Positions 25,484 to 39,045 of a DNA stretch of 64,000 bases are shown piece by piece (positions within the stretch are counted from its first letter, which is position 1; each line of letters opens with the position of its first letter). The position numbers and the translations under genes were made by a program. The notes beneath the pieces are model-generated. The model was not told where the DNA came from and searched no databases. It saw nothing but the letters and a program-made list of their open reading frames with translations. Source of the DNA: Octopus sinensis (Eukaryota); NCBI RefSeq assembly GCF_006345805.1, contig NC_043003.1:86490001-86554000 (forward strand), read 5' to 3'.

Positions 25484-25737
25484 AATATACTTTTCTTTTT
25501 GTTTTGTCTGAATCATTTTTTAATATTCTTGTTCTTAATACTTTCACTGATTAGATTATTGATTTCTGCAACGTACTGCAAGCAAATTTTAACTTTACTT
25601 CCCAAACATCTATCTATGATGTATGTTCTCTGGCAACACACATTATTCGGTCTCTAGACATCCATTATGTGTACAAGTGAATGCAACACTTTATGCTCTT
25701 TCCACGAGTATTCCTAATAGGATATTATTCCTTAGAC

Positions 25738-25785
25738 CAGCTGAAGATGGCAGCCCAGCTATTGAAGGCCGAAATCAAGTTGCTG
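25738..25785 (+). ncRNA. Degenerate PLE-type hammerhead motif
   Basis: CAG-CTGAAGA-T-GGC...GCC-GAAA-TCAAG-TT-GCTG; stem III is imperfect. Confidence 0.4.
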
Positions 25786-26704
25786 CGATGCAACTTGCTC
25801 TTTAATAACATTTTAAATGTTGAGAAATACGTTTCTATAAGACAGTCTGTCTAAAATATATAATTCTTGTATACTCAAATATTTATAACCACTTTTTTGC
25901 AAATTACCACAGCTTTTCCATGGCTCTTATTGCACGCTTCTCTCATACCAACTTTCAAGCTAACTATAGCGCATTCTGAGATGTCACACTTTATTAATAT
26001 GAACAGTTCCAAGAATTTTATTATCAGTATGTAACTTTGTCTTCTAATGTTCTTTGACGAAGCATTTTCTGCAGTATCAAACATTTCCGTACATTTCATT
26101 AACCATGAATGTGCTTCCGTATCAAAAGGCACGTTTAGAAATATTTCATGACATACACTGATTGGTGTTTCGTTTCTTACAGCTTTACCAACCGCTAGGT
26201 AAACCCTTTTATTTTTTTCATAAGAACATTTCCGGCTTCCATTTTGTTCCTTATACAATAAATTACTCAGCAAGAGGTGCTGATACAATTTCACAGTAAA
26301 TATTCCAAAACAATTTAAATACGTTGTTAGATGATTATTCCTACCTATGTTTCTTTGGGTTTATCTTTCGTATAAAGAGTTGTTCTCCTTCCAACTATCT
26401 CTTCGGTTACTCTTCCATTCGAAAGGCACTCATCAAAACGTTGTCTCATGTAAAATGGAGAAGATTTTAAATGAGAAATCCCAGATCAAATCAAGTGCAG
26501 CTGCTTTCCAACTAAACATTTTTTCGCTTAACAATATCTCTCGTCAATTTTACTTTACTTCCTTTGGAAATATTATTTCCAGTTTCTTCTTTACTTCTTT
26601 GAATCATATTCTTCAATATTTAAGAGATGAGGAATTATGTACATCATTTATATTATTTACATTATTATATTTGACGGATATTTGTCCTCATCTTGTTTCT
26701 GATT

Positions 26705-26749
26705 AACACAACGTTTCGGCTGATATACCCCCAGCCTTCATCAGGTGTC
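26705..26749 (-). ncRNA. Minimal type I hammerhead ribozyme
   Basis: GACAC-CTGATGA-A-GGCTG-ggggtatat-CAGCC-GAAA-CG-TT-GTGTT; palindromic AACGTT allows a dimeric stem III. Confidence 0.7.
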
Positions 26750-26797
26750 TTGGGGAAATTTTGAACCTGGGTTCTGATTCCAAAGGTACTTTTGTTG

Positions 26798-26864
<67 letters not shown>

Positions 26865-26941
26865 GGTATCGAACTCGGAATCTTGAGGTTAGTAGCCCGC
26901 TACTAACCCCAAGATTCTGAGTTCGATTCCTGGCAGTGACC

Positions 26942-26999
<58 letters not shown>

Positions 27000-27001
<2 letters not shown>

Positions 27002-28106
27002 GTGATACAAATAGCGGCAAAACACGAGCAAAACAAAAAACTGTTCTCAGTATTTAAGGAAGCTGACAAATACAAACAAGAAATCATACTACCTAACAAA
27101 TATGAAGAAGAAGAAGAAGAAGAAGAAGAAGAAGAAGAAGAAGAAGAGAAGAAGAAGAAGAAGAAGAAGAAGAAGAAGAAGAAGAAGAAGAAGAAGAAGA
27201 AGAAGAAACAACAAAAGCTATAAAACAAATAAAATCCAAACTAAAACTAGAACAGCAACGGACCATAATAAAACGATGGCAAGAAAAGCCCCTTCATGGC
27301 AAATACTGGACTAAAATAAATGCAAGACGAATAGACAAAGAAAAAACCCAGCAACGGTTGAGAAGCTCAGGACTCAAATCAGAGACAGAGGGATTTTTAA
27401 TTGCAGCACAAGACCAAAGCCTCCCCACCAGAAATTACCAAAAACATATAATGAAAAGTAACTGCAGAATATGTGGAGATGGACAAGAAACAATAAATCA
27501 TATTATCTCTGGCTGCCCAGTCCTAGTTAAGAAGGAATATATTCACAGACACGACAGAGTTGGGACCTACATACGCTGGAAGCTATGCCAACATTATGGA
27601 ATAACAACAGAAAAAAGATGATATAGGCACACACCAGAAAAGGTCACAGAAAACGAGAAAGCAACCATACTCTGGGATATGCCAATACACACAGATATAG
27701 GCCACATATAGTTCATGAAGATCATGAAGAAAAAATACTTTCTAATTGATGTATGAATACCAGCAGATGACAACGTTCTCTAAAAGAAATGGAGAAACTT
27801 TCAAAATACAAGGACCTAGAAATAGAGATAACTCGAATGTGGAATCTAAAACCAGAAACAATTCCTATCATAGTAGGTGCATTAGGTATGATAAAAAATA
27901 TTCAGACAAATACATAGCAAAAACACCGGGACTTACATATATATATAACATACAAAACATTGCACTACTTGGCACTGCACACATCCTACGCAGAACACTT
28001 TCAATACAATAACCATCAGAGCATCACAACAAACCACAGCACATACCCAAGGCACACAGAGCTGCGCTCGGTAGTGAAGTGAAAGCTCTCTATGAAAATA
28101 AAATTA

Positions 28107-28110
<4 letters not shown>
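27000..28110 (+). mobile_element. R4/Dong-clade LINE 3' fragment (zinc knuckle + RLE endonuclease)
   Basis: LKSETEGFLIAAQDQSL, CRICG..ETINHIISGC (CCHC), RHDRV, ILWD, KYKDL, ALLGTAHILR; ends in (AAT)n. Confidence 0.85.
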
Positions 28111-28189
<79 letters not shown>

Positions 28190-28291
28190 TAATAATAACA
28201 ATAATAATAATAATAATAACAACAACAACAACAACAACAACGACATCAAATATAACTTTGGAATGAGAACCAACGTTAAAAATTTCCCCAA

Positions 28292-28337
28292 GACACCTGA
28301 TGAAGGCTAGAGGGTATATCAGCCGAAACTTTGTGTT
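28292..28337 (+). ncRNA. Minimal hammerhead (slightly decayed copy)
   Basis: GACAC-CTGATGA-A-GGCTA...CAGCC-GAAA-CT-TT-GTGTT. Confidence 0.55.
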
Positions 28338-28449
28338 AACAGCAAACAAGATGAAGACAAATATCCATCAAATATAAATAGTGTAAATAATGTGCATACT
28401 TTGAACCATTTCAAAAAATCTCTCAAGATATCATAAAATGTAATTCACA

Positions 28450-29130
28450 AAATCTCTCTATATATCAATCGCCTAAAACTTAGTCCTTCCTTCTTGATCC
28501 GCCTGAACAGTGCTACCATCTTCCTGGACCATGTTTTTAAAGAATTGTTATAGATAAGATGAAAGTATTCAAGCTCTTTTAAATGGCTGTCCCTTTGCCA
28601 TACAATACTTAATCCGATTTGCCTCAGTAGTAATACGTTACTTAATATCATCCTTTACAATCGTGAATCCTTGAATATTTAATCTGTACTTTCTTTTCTT
28701 TACTTTCCATGTCTTTAGTTTTTCAGTTGCCATTGATGTCAACGATTTATTTTTCTCAACTCTTACTGTAATGTATTGACATCACAATCTAACCTTATAT
28801 CCACAATTTTTAGCAGCTTTCGTCTTGTTTTTACAACATTCTTTACTCTTTGCATTCCTCCGACAAGATACGCAGCTGTACATATCAGTCTTTGGTGTCT
28901 TATGTAAAAGATAAAGTGCCATATTGACCTCAACTGTTTCACTTTCCAATATTTCTCTGCCAACGGAGAGAAGATAGGAAAGGTCTAAGGTTTCTTAATG
29001 CTTATACAAATTCCCTGAGCTTTTCCACAATTATTGTCATCTCTTCACCACCCATGATTTTTTTATAGACATCACAATCCCTTTCCTCTCTATCGTTAAA
29101 TTCGTCAGTCTCTGTCACTCTGTTCTCCAT
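28450..29130 (-). mobile_element. Highly decayed RLE-type LINE RT remnant
   Basis: KTRRKLLKIV...DCDVNTL resembles the KTRKLL..HPKSDVDRLY segment of R4/Dong RTs; weak match. Confidence 0.35.
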
Positions 29131-30227
29131 TTAATTAATTATTACTCTCATTAATATTATATTAGTATCATCGTCGCGGTCATCATCATCATTTGATAAT
29201 GATGATGATGATGATGATGCCATTTAAAAGCGGTCGTAAGTTGGGTTTAAAAAAAATCTTTTTATTCTATGTTGTTGCTGGTCAGTTCCGTTTTCTTCTT
29301 TCTCTTTTTTTTTTTTGCCTTTGGCAGAGATGTATTAATTTTTGCTGCAACACGTCATTTCTTTTAAACATCGCATTGAAATTTTCAAGAACAGACTGAA
29401 ATGAAGAAATCAGTGCCTAGAACAGCAATCCTGATGCTATCTTCCCAGTCAAACAATCAGTATACCGAGGAATCATCATCACCAATACAACTGTTACGGG
29501 TGGCAGCGATATCAAAATCAGCATCAACAGCATCAACAGCAACAACAATAGCAAAGAAAATAAAAGAATGTACGCTGACAGTGATGCCATCACTATCGCC
29601 ATCACCCTACTTAAATTATTATGGGTACAACAGTAGCGATGGTAACAACAACAACACAGGAAGCGATAAGGAGAAAATAATTTTAAAATCCAACTGCCAC
29701 AGCAAAATATCTACCAATACTACCAACACTATCACCACCAGTCATCAATACTAGACAGAAAACTGGATTAAACAATGGAAGAAAATGTGGTTCGTTTGCA
29801 ATCGCCACCACGTTATCCTGCATCACACTTGAAAGCGCAGAGCAGACACATGACCTCTATCACTGTTGCATTGACCTCATCAAAATATTTCTTTCAGTGA
29901 ATCGGGTTGCATTATGAGTAATTCCCGAGAAAGTTGATTGTCCAGGCCCATTTCCAATCAGTGGTTATGCACAGTAAAGTGATATAAATGCTCCTACTCT
30001 ATTTGCCATATATTTCACAATGGCGACAACAGCTACAGCTGTAGCAGAAATAGAATAACTGCGAAATGTGGCAACAACAGCACTAGTTATAAAATATATG
30101 TTCAATGTTAACGAGAAAGGAGTAGTTTTGAGGTTCATAGATACCTCTGCGAAGTGGGTGGAGAAACAGAAGCAGCACAGTTCAATTTCCCTCACTCTAT
30201 CAATCATTGCTTAGTCGTAAGTGAACA

Positions 30228-30738
<511 letters not shown>

Positions 30739-31194
30739 GGAATAAATATAAGCGCTTTCCTCCGCCTTTCCTAGTTATCAGTTAACGTCGTGTTTTCTAC
30801 CATCTTCCCCCTTGTCCATTTCTTCGTGTTGCTCAATTACTCGCCTCGTGGTTTTCCTATACTTATTTTAGTCGGAAACTGTCCACGCATAACAATAGAC
30901 GCAAACAGTTTTTGCAACTCATATAAAATGGCTAGAAATAATAAAAACAACGACGGTAAGAAAAATGATCCTCTCTCGTTTAGGCACAAGGCCTGAAATT
31001 TCGGAGGAAGTGGGAGAGTTGATACCGTCGATAATTGATACTCTGAAAGGATGAAAAGTAGACCTCGTCTGTATTTGAGCTCAGAACATAAAGACGGACG
31101 TAATGCCGCAAAGCTTTTGGTCCAGTTTGCTTACGTTTCTTCTATCTGAATCGTTTTAATAATAATAATAATAATAATAATCATAATAATAATC

Positions 31195-31247
<53 letters not shown>

Positions 31248-31248
<1 letters not shown>

Positions 31249-32123
31249 CGGAGCTCAGGGATAAAGGCAGAGGGTGAAGGCTTTATATTGGCTGCTCAAG
31301 ATCAGAGCTTATTGACCCGGAACTATCAAACCAATGTGAGGAAAAATGGTGTAGAACCAAAGTGCCAATACTGAAACGAAGGGATTGAAACAGTAGGCCA
31401 CCTAATCTCTGGGTGTAAGGTTTTAATCCCTGTAAAGTACAAGACATAACAGAGTTGGCTAATATCTACATTGGATAATGAATCGGCATTATAAAATCAA
31501 AGCTGCTAACAAATGGTATAATCACCACCCTGAGGCTGTAACTGAGGGAGAAAATGTAACGATTCTTTGTGACTTTCTAGTATGTAGAGACGGAACCTTC
31601 AAGGCAGATACACCAGATATTGTTGTGAAAGACCAAAGCAATAAAGTCTGTTTATTGATTGACATGAGCATACCCTGTGACCATAATATCTCGGGGAAAG
31701 AATTTGATAAGCTCAGAAAATATACAGATTTGCTGATCGAAATCGACGGTTACATCTCAAGACGGTTACAATACCAGTGATTGTAGGAGCACTTGGAATG
31801 ACCAAAACAGGAACTGAAAATTATCTAAGAAAGATCCCTGCTACCGACCATGCAGGAAGTGCAAAAGATTGTCTTAACTGGTACATCACACGTACTGAGA
31901 AGAGTATTGTCGCTGTGAATTTTCTTTCCTTTTTTCCACCTTATTTTCTTTGGTTACTTTGCTATTTTTTATTTTTCTCTCTGTCTTCCTTCCGCTTTTT
32001 CTCTAAAATCTGGTGTGTTTATTTTAATAGCCTACCAATGTATACATTGTGTTTCTCTGCCCTAGGGGTCAGGAAGACACTCAGCAAGAAATAGAAACAG
32101 AATTGAAAAAAGATGATAGTGAA

Positions 32124-32125
<2 letters not shown>
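31248..32125 (+). mobile_element. Second R4/Dong-clade LINE 3' fragment
   Basis: EGEGFILAAQDQSL, ETVGHLISGC, WYNHHPEAVTEGENVTILCDF, PDIVVKD..CLLIDMSIP, IVGALG; (AAT)n on both sides. Confidence 0.85.
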
Positions 32126-32201
<76 letters not shown>

Positions 32202-32204
32202 TAA

Positions 32205-32752
32205 ATACCCTGATGCAGTACTAGACAGTGGCTCTCATGGCTTCTGATCTTAACTGATTGGAAGTGTTATAATGTACATTGCTTTGTTTTGGTATAAAAG
32301 ATGGGCTACAGCAAATATTCCGCTCAATACCACAGATTTGCTTGTCAGTTGTTTGACCTTAACCAGTTGAGTATGTCCCTCAGTGGCTGACGATATGTGC
32401 ATCTCTGACCACAAGCAGAAGTAGTGGGGGAGCATCATAGCCGTGTGTTGAAAGGAATTCCGAGAGGTTTGGATAATTCCCCTTTGGAAATATGGGTGGT
32501 TCGTTCAACATCCTTAAACAATCCTTATTCAGGAGCGGGATAGGTTACTCGACCAGAAGAAAATTCTAACTGGGCCCCACCTGCAAGGTCATGCGCTGTT
32601 TATCTTGATATGAGATCACCATTTCACGCACATATAGTCGTGATGCATGTGCCTGATGTATTCTTATCAGACGGGTAGTCATGATGGATATACTGAGCTT
32701 CGTATATTTTACCCCAGTGTCATTTTGATGGCATGCACTGCTCTCTCACTCA
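32205..32752. repeat. Unclassified interspersed repeat inserted in (AAT)n
   Basis: Flanked by (AAT)n; a diverged partial copy at ~57225-57360 (TGTGCATCTCTG..CA..AGCAG.AGTAGTGGG..GCATCATAGCC). Confidence 0.55.
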
Positions 32753-34281
32753 ATAATAATAATAATCGTATAGGCACAAGGCCTGAAATTTGGGATAAGG
32801 GCCGATTCGATTACATCGACCCCATTGCTTGAAAGGTACTAATTTTCTCGAACCACAATAATAATTACAAATAGAAAGCAAGTTCCCAAGAGGTCATTTG
32901 CCATATGAGAAATAGCAACCAAATCTACCTCGCATTATATCCTTTCATTTAAAAATATAGAGAGACACATGTTGAATAATATAATTCTAAATACACTATA
33001 TCTAAGGAAAAATACAAAGTAATCACAAATAAATAATAGATTTGTTCAGAGTTGTAACGTTACATGCATACATAAACCCCAGTCTTAAGTCCCATAGAGT
33101 GTTATAAAGCTAGAAAAGAAGAGCCTGATGTAAATTCATATTTGGCTATGATTAACCTTCATGGGTAAAAAGTTGGAAGTGTACCCATATGAAAGCATAA
33201 TTTGACTGGAACGTAAATAGTATTCTTAGAGTTGATATTTTCTATTTGTGTCAAATATATTCGCCATAAATGACAGAATTTAAAGTGTTCCAAGCTAATG
33301 GTAAAGGACAGAACGCGTAAATGCAAAAGCTGTAAAGATTTCAGAATGTAAGGCTTTGGTAAAAAGTACTATCCAGAATAATAAAAGAAATCGAGAAAAG
33401 AAACGGCAACAATAATGCCAAACAAGCTCAAACATAACAGCGGCACAATTGCATCGGAAACTAAATAAATAAATATTACAGTAAAAGTAGTTGCAAGTTA
33501 TAACTTGTTGACCTATTCCTTTTGCATTTCCGATATTAACTTGTGGAAAGCAGAGGAAGTGATATGAAATCAAATTTATGTGAATTTTTAAATCTTTTGT
33601 TAAGTACGTGTAACAAAAAATATCTATTTCTTTGGGAAGGAGGATATCAATTACTCTGATAATAACAGTGGGAATAGTTTATTAATTAATGTTCCCTTCC
33701 ACAGCACCCTAGATTCTTAAAGAGAATACATATAACTGTTTTTTTGTAGATTCAACAACAACTTCATTTCCCGCTTTTTAACAAAGTTTTTAGTCTGTAG
33801 ACGCCCAAACGGTTTCTTTCACAACACTCTATGCATGGAATGTGAATCTTCTTCCTCTACTACTTCGTTTCAATAGCCATGAGCTTTTTCTCACTTCAGC
33901 ATCTAACTGCCATAATTAACACCTATACAATGCAGTTGAAATTACTATTGTTCTTAATAAAGAAATTGTTATCGAACAATTTCTTTATTTCTTTACTAAT
34001 GCAATTTCACTTCCTCAAAATCTAATTTTTGCTAACGCTACTGATGCTGCTACAACCCAGCATTTCAGTTCTTTTTTTGGCCTCATTTTTCTCATCATTG
34101 TTCGCACAAAATATCATTCAACAACATACTTGTGTGGCTTCCCTGCTATTTCAATCGGATTGACTACATTCTTTTTGTTTGTATAGTTATCGTAATTTTG
34201 CCGTTGTTTATTTCTTTGAGCATTTAATGTGATCAGAAATCGTGGTGCCTTTTCTAAAATGATTGGTGAATTAGTTATATA

Positions 34282-35704
34282 GATTTCAAATGTGCCAACT
34301 AGAAATATATTGGAATGAGTACAACAAATGTGTATTTAAAACTTGTAAGCTTTACTCGTAAGGGAAATGTTTGACACCACTCGAAAATAACTTAAATTTG
34401 AAGATTTAAGATTGAAAGCACGACGCAATGCTGTGGCATCCAGTCTATGAGGCCGATCTGAAATTTCGGGCGCTACATATATATTCCACCCCAGTGTCTT
34501 CTTCCAGAAGTACACGGATGATATACCTTTCATTGTCTTCTTGTGAGGCAAATGAGTTTTTAAAGGTGAAATATTAGCAATAATCGACGACCACATAGAG
34601 TCCAATTCTGCTACCCCAGCAACACTGGACCCAACATTCTACTGAATTATTTTGATAAAAAAGTATATTCTGCTTGGTTGACTTCCTTCCAGGGACTCAG
34701 AAATTTGTTTTTGCCTGGTGGTCATCTAGCGTGTCGGCAGGTTGGTTCCCTTAAGAATTCAGTTTGTTTTTTCTGAGGGTCCGGTTCTGACCATAGGAAA
34801 AATTTCATTTGTTTTGTCTCAGGTGACGTTAGCAACTGGTTTTTGTGAAGATGTATGGTGTTATTGTATAGTAATTTGAAGTTGGTATTTCGAATCTGTG
34901 GGGAGCTTGTTACTTAAAGTTTTCGAATTACATCAGTTGTTTACTTTTTTACTCTTTTACTTGTTTCAGTCATTTGACAGCGGCCATGCTGGAGCACCGC
35001 CTTTTAGTCGAGCAAATCCACCCCGAGACTTATTCTTTGTAAGCCCAGTACTTATTCTATCGGTCTCTTTTGCCGAACCGCTAAGTGACGGTTGTCAAGC
35101 ATCGGTTGTCAAGCAATGCTAGGGGGACAAACACACACACACACACACACACATATACATATATACATATATACGACAGGCTTCTTTCAGTTTCCGTCTA
35201 CCAAATCCACTCACAAGGCATTGGTCGGCCCGGAGCTATAGTAGAAGACACTTGCCCAAGATGCCACGCAGTGGGACTGAACCCGGAACCATGTGGTTGG
35301 TTAGCAAGCTACTTACCACACAGCCACACCTGCGCCTGGATTTCAAATGTGCCAACTAGAAATATATTGGAATGAGTACAACAAATGTGTATTTAAAACT
35401 TGTAAGCTTTACTCGTAAGGGAAATGTTTGACACCACTCGAAAATAACTTAAATTTGAAGATTTAAGATTGAAAGCACGACGCAATGCTGTGGCATCCAG
35501 TCTATGAGGCCGATCTGAAATTTCGGGCGCTACATATATATTCCACCCCAGTGTCTTCTTCCAGAAGTACACGGATGATATACCTTTCATTGTCTTCTTG
35601 TGAGGCAAATGAGTTTTTAAAGGTGAAATATTAGCAATAATCGACGACCACATAGAGTCCAATTCTGCTACCCCAGCAACACTGGACCCAACATTCTACT
35701 GAAT
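34282..35704 (+). repeat. Direct duplication (34282-34646 = 35339-35704) flanking a copied 690-bp segment
   Basis: Identical 89-aa ORFs at 34336-34605 and 35393-35662; the intervening 34647-35340 matches 37370-38063. Confidence 0.9.
34940..35337 (-). mobile_element. CORE-like SINE (duplicated with its flank)
   Basis: Near-identical to 37662-38059, including the private GGTTGTCAAGCATCGGTTGTCAAGC duplication. Confidence 0.85.
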
Positions 35705-36571
35705 TCCGCTCAAAAATCCCAGTGAAAGGTGACATCATTACCCAGTTCTATAAGAAAACATATTGCGCGATCTATTTGGCAACTTCAGATCGGCCTTCTA
35801 TATCAGTGTTAAAGCTGAGTACATAACAAACGAATTCAATCGTATCAAGTAGAGTTGCAACGAGACTCACCAAGGTATCCATACCACGCAGTTTCAAAAG
35901 ATACTGGAATTCAACAGATACCGATCATTCGTTAACAATCGCCTTCGGAAGCTCAAGCCTCATCCAAACTGAAAATAAATTTTTACCTGTTTACTGAAGT
36001 AATCAAACTTCAGCCACAGTACAATTACTACTATCTGCAAGACCATTCACAAGAAAGGGCGAGATATACAGTTCGACGTCTGAGGATGACCCATATGAAA
36101 CAAAAATATCATAGAAGGAATGGTTGACTGACGCCTGACGTTGCATAACAGTTATTAACGTAAATCATATATATTTTAATAAATGAAATTTGGTGCAGAA
36201 TTTAAAAAATTATTTTCAAAACTTCCTTTCAGTAAATTTCTTCATGCGGATGCGATGAAATGTTGACGTTTGAAATTTAGAAAAATAAATAAAATCTACC
36301 AGCAACATTTTGAGCTGATGGTTCGCATCTTAGTAAATAGATTTTGATTTTCCTCTTTACGAGCAACGGATTAGTGCTATATAATAATGCAGTTAATCGT
36401 TGAAAATAATGTTAGTTGTCTTCCTGTAGAGGAAGATCTTTGTCAGTCTGTCTTACACCAGATGCAGCACTGCATGGATACAAAGTATTCGAGAATTTTT
36501 CCTAATATCGGATGGTATGTGGAATCCTAATCAAAAGATATCGCCATACAATCAGTCTGAGACATGTAATA

Positions 36572-36627
<56 letters not shown>

Positions 36628-37059
36628 ATATATAACGAACAAATATATTCCCATGCATGAAAATATAGGAGAATTTGTTTTGCGTTTTGAAAATGCACCT
36701 GAATCTGGAAAACGTGTAGTCGTTTGTGAATAGATTTATTCAAATATGAAACTAGTTTCGACAATGTTTTGCTTATTTATGGTACTAATATAAATATATA
36801 TAACATAGGGGTTTGGAGAGTTTAAAATTACAAGGTAAAACTTGGACAAAAATATTTCAGCCATCAAATGTTCAAATGTTCACAGAAATTCACTGAATTT
36901 CACAGTTTAAATTGTAATATCAATGTAAATGTTCGGCGAATATAACAAATGTACATTATTGAAAGTTCAGTCATATTGAGTTTTTATAAAATAAGTGGAG
37001 AAGAAAGAGAAAAGATGGAAATCAATAAATAAAGGAAAAGGTTTTTATATTTTTTACAA

Positions 37060-37852
37060 CTTCTATCGAGGTGCGTGCAGTTCTTATTTTCTATTTCAGT
37101 CTTAGCGCACTGGTCTCGTCACCATTCACGGCTTGTTGGAATTGGCAGTACTTTGGGTTCAACCTTTTAGTATATATATGCTTTTACGGGAAAATGATGT
37201 AATTTTTTATTGGTTATAATTTTGATGACGTCTTATTCTTTTCTCGTGGATGTTTTGGTCAAAAATTTCTGATTTGACAAAGTTCAGTGTTTGAATTGGT
37301 TGGCTTCCAGGTGACAACCACGGTCTTGGAACAAGTTCTGATTGGTTGTAAGGTTTCGTGACGTCACTTTATTTTGATAAAAAAGTATATTCTGCTTGGT
37401 TGACTTCCTTCCAGGGACTCAGAAATTTGTTTTTGCCTGGTAGTCATCTAGCGTGTCGGCAGGTTGGTTCCCTTAAGAATTCAGTTTGTTTTTTCTGAGG
37501 GTCCGGTTCTGACCATAGGAAAAATTTCATTTGTTTTGTCTCAGGTGACGTTAGCAACTGGTTTTTGTGAAGATGTATGGTGTTATTGTATAGTAATTTG
37601 AAGTTGGTATTTCGAATCTGTGGGGAGCTTGTTACTTAAAGTTTTCGAATTACATCAGTTGTTTACTTTTTTACTCTTTTACTTGTTTCAGTCATTTGAC
37701 TGCGGCCATGCTGGAACACCGCCTTTTAGTCGAGCAAATCCACCCCGAGACTTATTCTTTGTAAGCCCAGTACTTATTCTATCGGTCTCTTTTGCCGAAC
37801 CGCTAAGTGATGGTTGTCAAGCATCGGTTGTCAAGCAATGCTAGGGGGACAA

Positions 37853-37889
<37 letters not shown>

Positions 37890-39045
37890 CATATATACGA
37901 CAGGCTTCTTTCAGTTTCCCTCTACCAAATCCACTCACAAGGCATTGGTCGGCCCGGAGCTATAGTAGAAGACACTTGCCCAAGATGCCACGCAGTGGGA
38001 CTGAACCCGGAACCATGTGGTTGGTTAGCAAGCTACTTACCACACAGCCACACCTGCGCCTGGATGTTTTTCGTGGAAAAATTGGGTTTTCTCTTTCTTT
38101 TGTATTATTATAAGATATTTAGTTGAGGCTTATATTTTTAATGAGCATGCTTTCCTTATTCAATCGGAATTGGATTGAAGTATTTCCGATGCATTGATAG
38201 AGACAGAAATTTGGCATTTCGGATTTCTGTATGCGGGGCATTGAAGTGTTTGCTTACAGGAATTTTCCTAGTCGTAGGATCCCGAATCTGCTGCCGGCGT
38301 ACTATCAGTCTGTCTCTCATGGTCACGCTAACTTGACCTATGCCTATTACACACACAAAAGTGTCCATTACACACACAAAATTGCCCATTACACACACAA
38401 CATTTGAGGACAAATTAAGTTCTTCAATGTACAGGTGAAGTGATTTTTTATCGAAAGTATTTGACCTACCTTGAATTTCTATGCTGAACCTTACAAAATG
38501 TTGATGCAAGTCCCGCAGTTAGGGTGGTTGCATTTTTTGACTATTGGGGATGTATTTGCCGTGGGTAATTTAGTGATGGTAAGTATACTTTTTAGGGATT
38601 TGGGTTGTCTTTTACTTTTAATAATTCAATGTGCTTCAAGTGATTTTTTTCACTGGCAGGTCGTTCAGAAAGAGGGATGTATTCTGATGGAGAATACTGT
38701 ATGCTTCCATATTCTTTGGATTGTGTGTTGATACGTAAGACAAAGTTTTGAGTGTGTCATGGTTTTTTTGTTTGTTTTTTTGTAATTCTTGGAAGTCTAT
38801 CGTTTTTGCACGTTTTATTCCGTTTTTGATTAAACTAACGGGGTATTTTCTTTCTAGAGATATATTTTTAAGTTCCTTGATTCGTTTATCTCGAGTTTCG
38901 GGATTTGATGCAATCGTGAAAATTCTTCTTGCCAAGTTGAACGTTATATTGATTTTAGTATGCTTTGGGTTGCAGAAAGACAATAGTAGATATTGTTTTG
39001 TGTCCGCTGGTTTAAAAGTAGAGGTCGGTTTCAATGTTAGTATCT
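37060..39045 (-). mobile_element. Penelope-like element 3' part: RT thumb, linker, GIY-YIG endonuclease and pLTR-like tail, interrupted by a SINE
   Basis: FKPADTKQYLLLSFCNPKHTKINITFNLARRIFTI..ERKYP (RT C-terminus), KKCNHPNCGTC (Cys linker), IGQVSVTMRDRL..QQIR..PVSKHF (GIY-YIG); the pLTR boundary is approximate. Confidence 0.8.
37662..38059 (-). mobile_element. CORE-like SINE inserted in PLE tail
   Basis: Full head, CORE-like segment and tail. Confidence 0.85.

Larger units (their letters stand above)
26613..28398. mobile_element. Head-to-head pair of tRNA-like head + (AAT)n + hammerhead elements, with nested LINE fragment
   Basis: Central palindrome 26867-26926 of tRNA-like 3' halves (B-box GAGTTCGATTCC), (ATT)n/(AAT)n tracts on each side, and inverted hammerhead segments at ~26640-26790 and 28245-28398. 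Confidence 0.75.

Noticed and set aside
29401-29754. 117-aa Ser/Thr/Asn-rich ORF
   Set aside because: Derived from decayed CAT/CAA/CAG trinucleotide sequence; no domain.
34336-34605. Duplicated 89-aa minus-strand ORF as a gene pair
   Set aside because: The identity is explained by the recent local duplication; non-ATG start and no recognisable domain.
36075-36110. CTGAGGA...GAAA hammerhead-like spacing
   Set aside because: No stem II or stem I complementarity.
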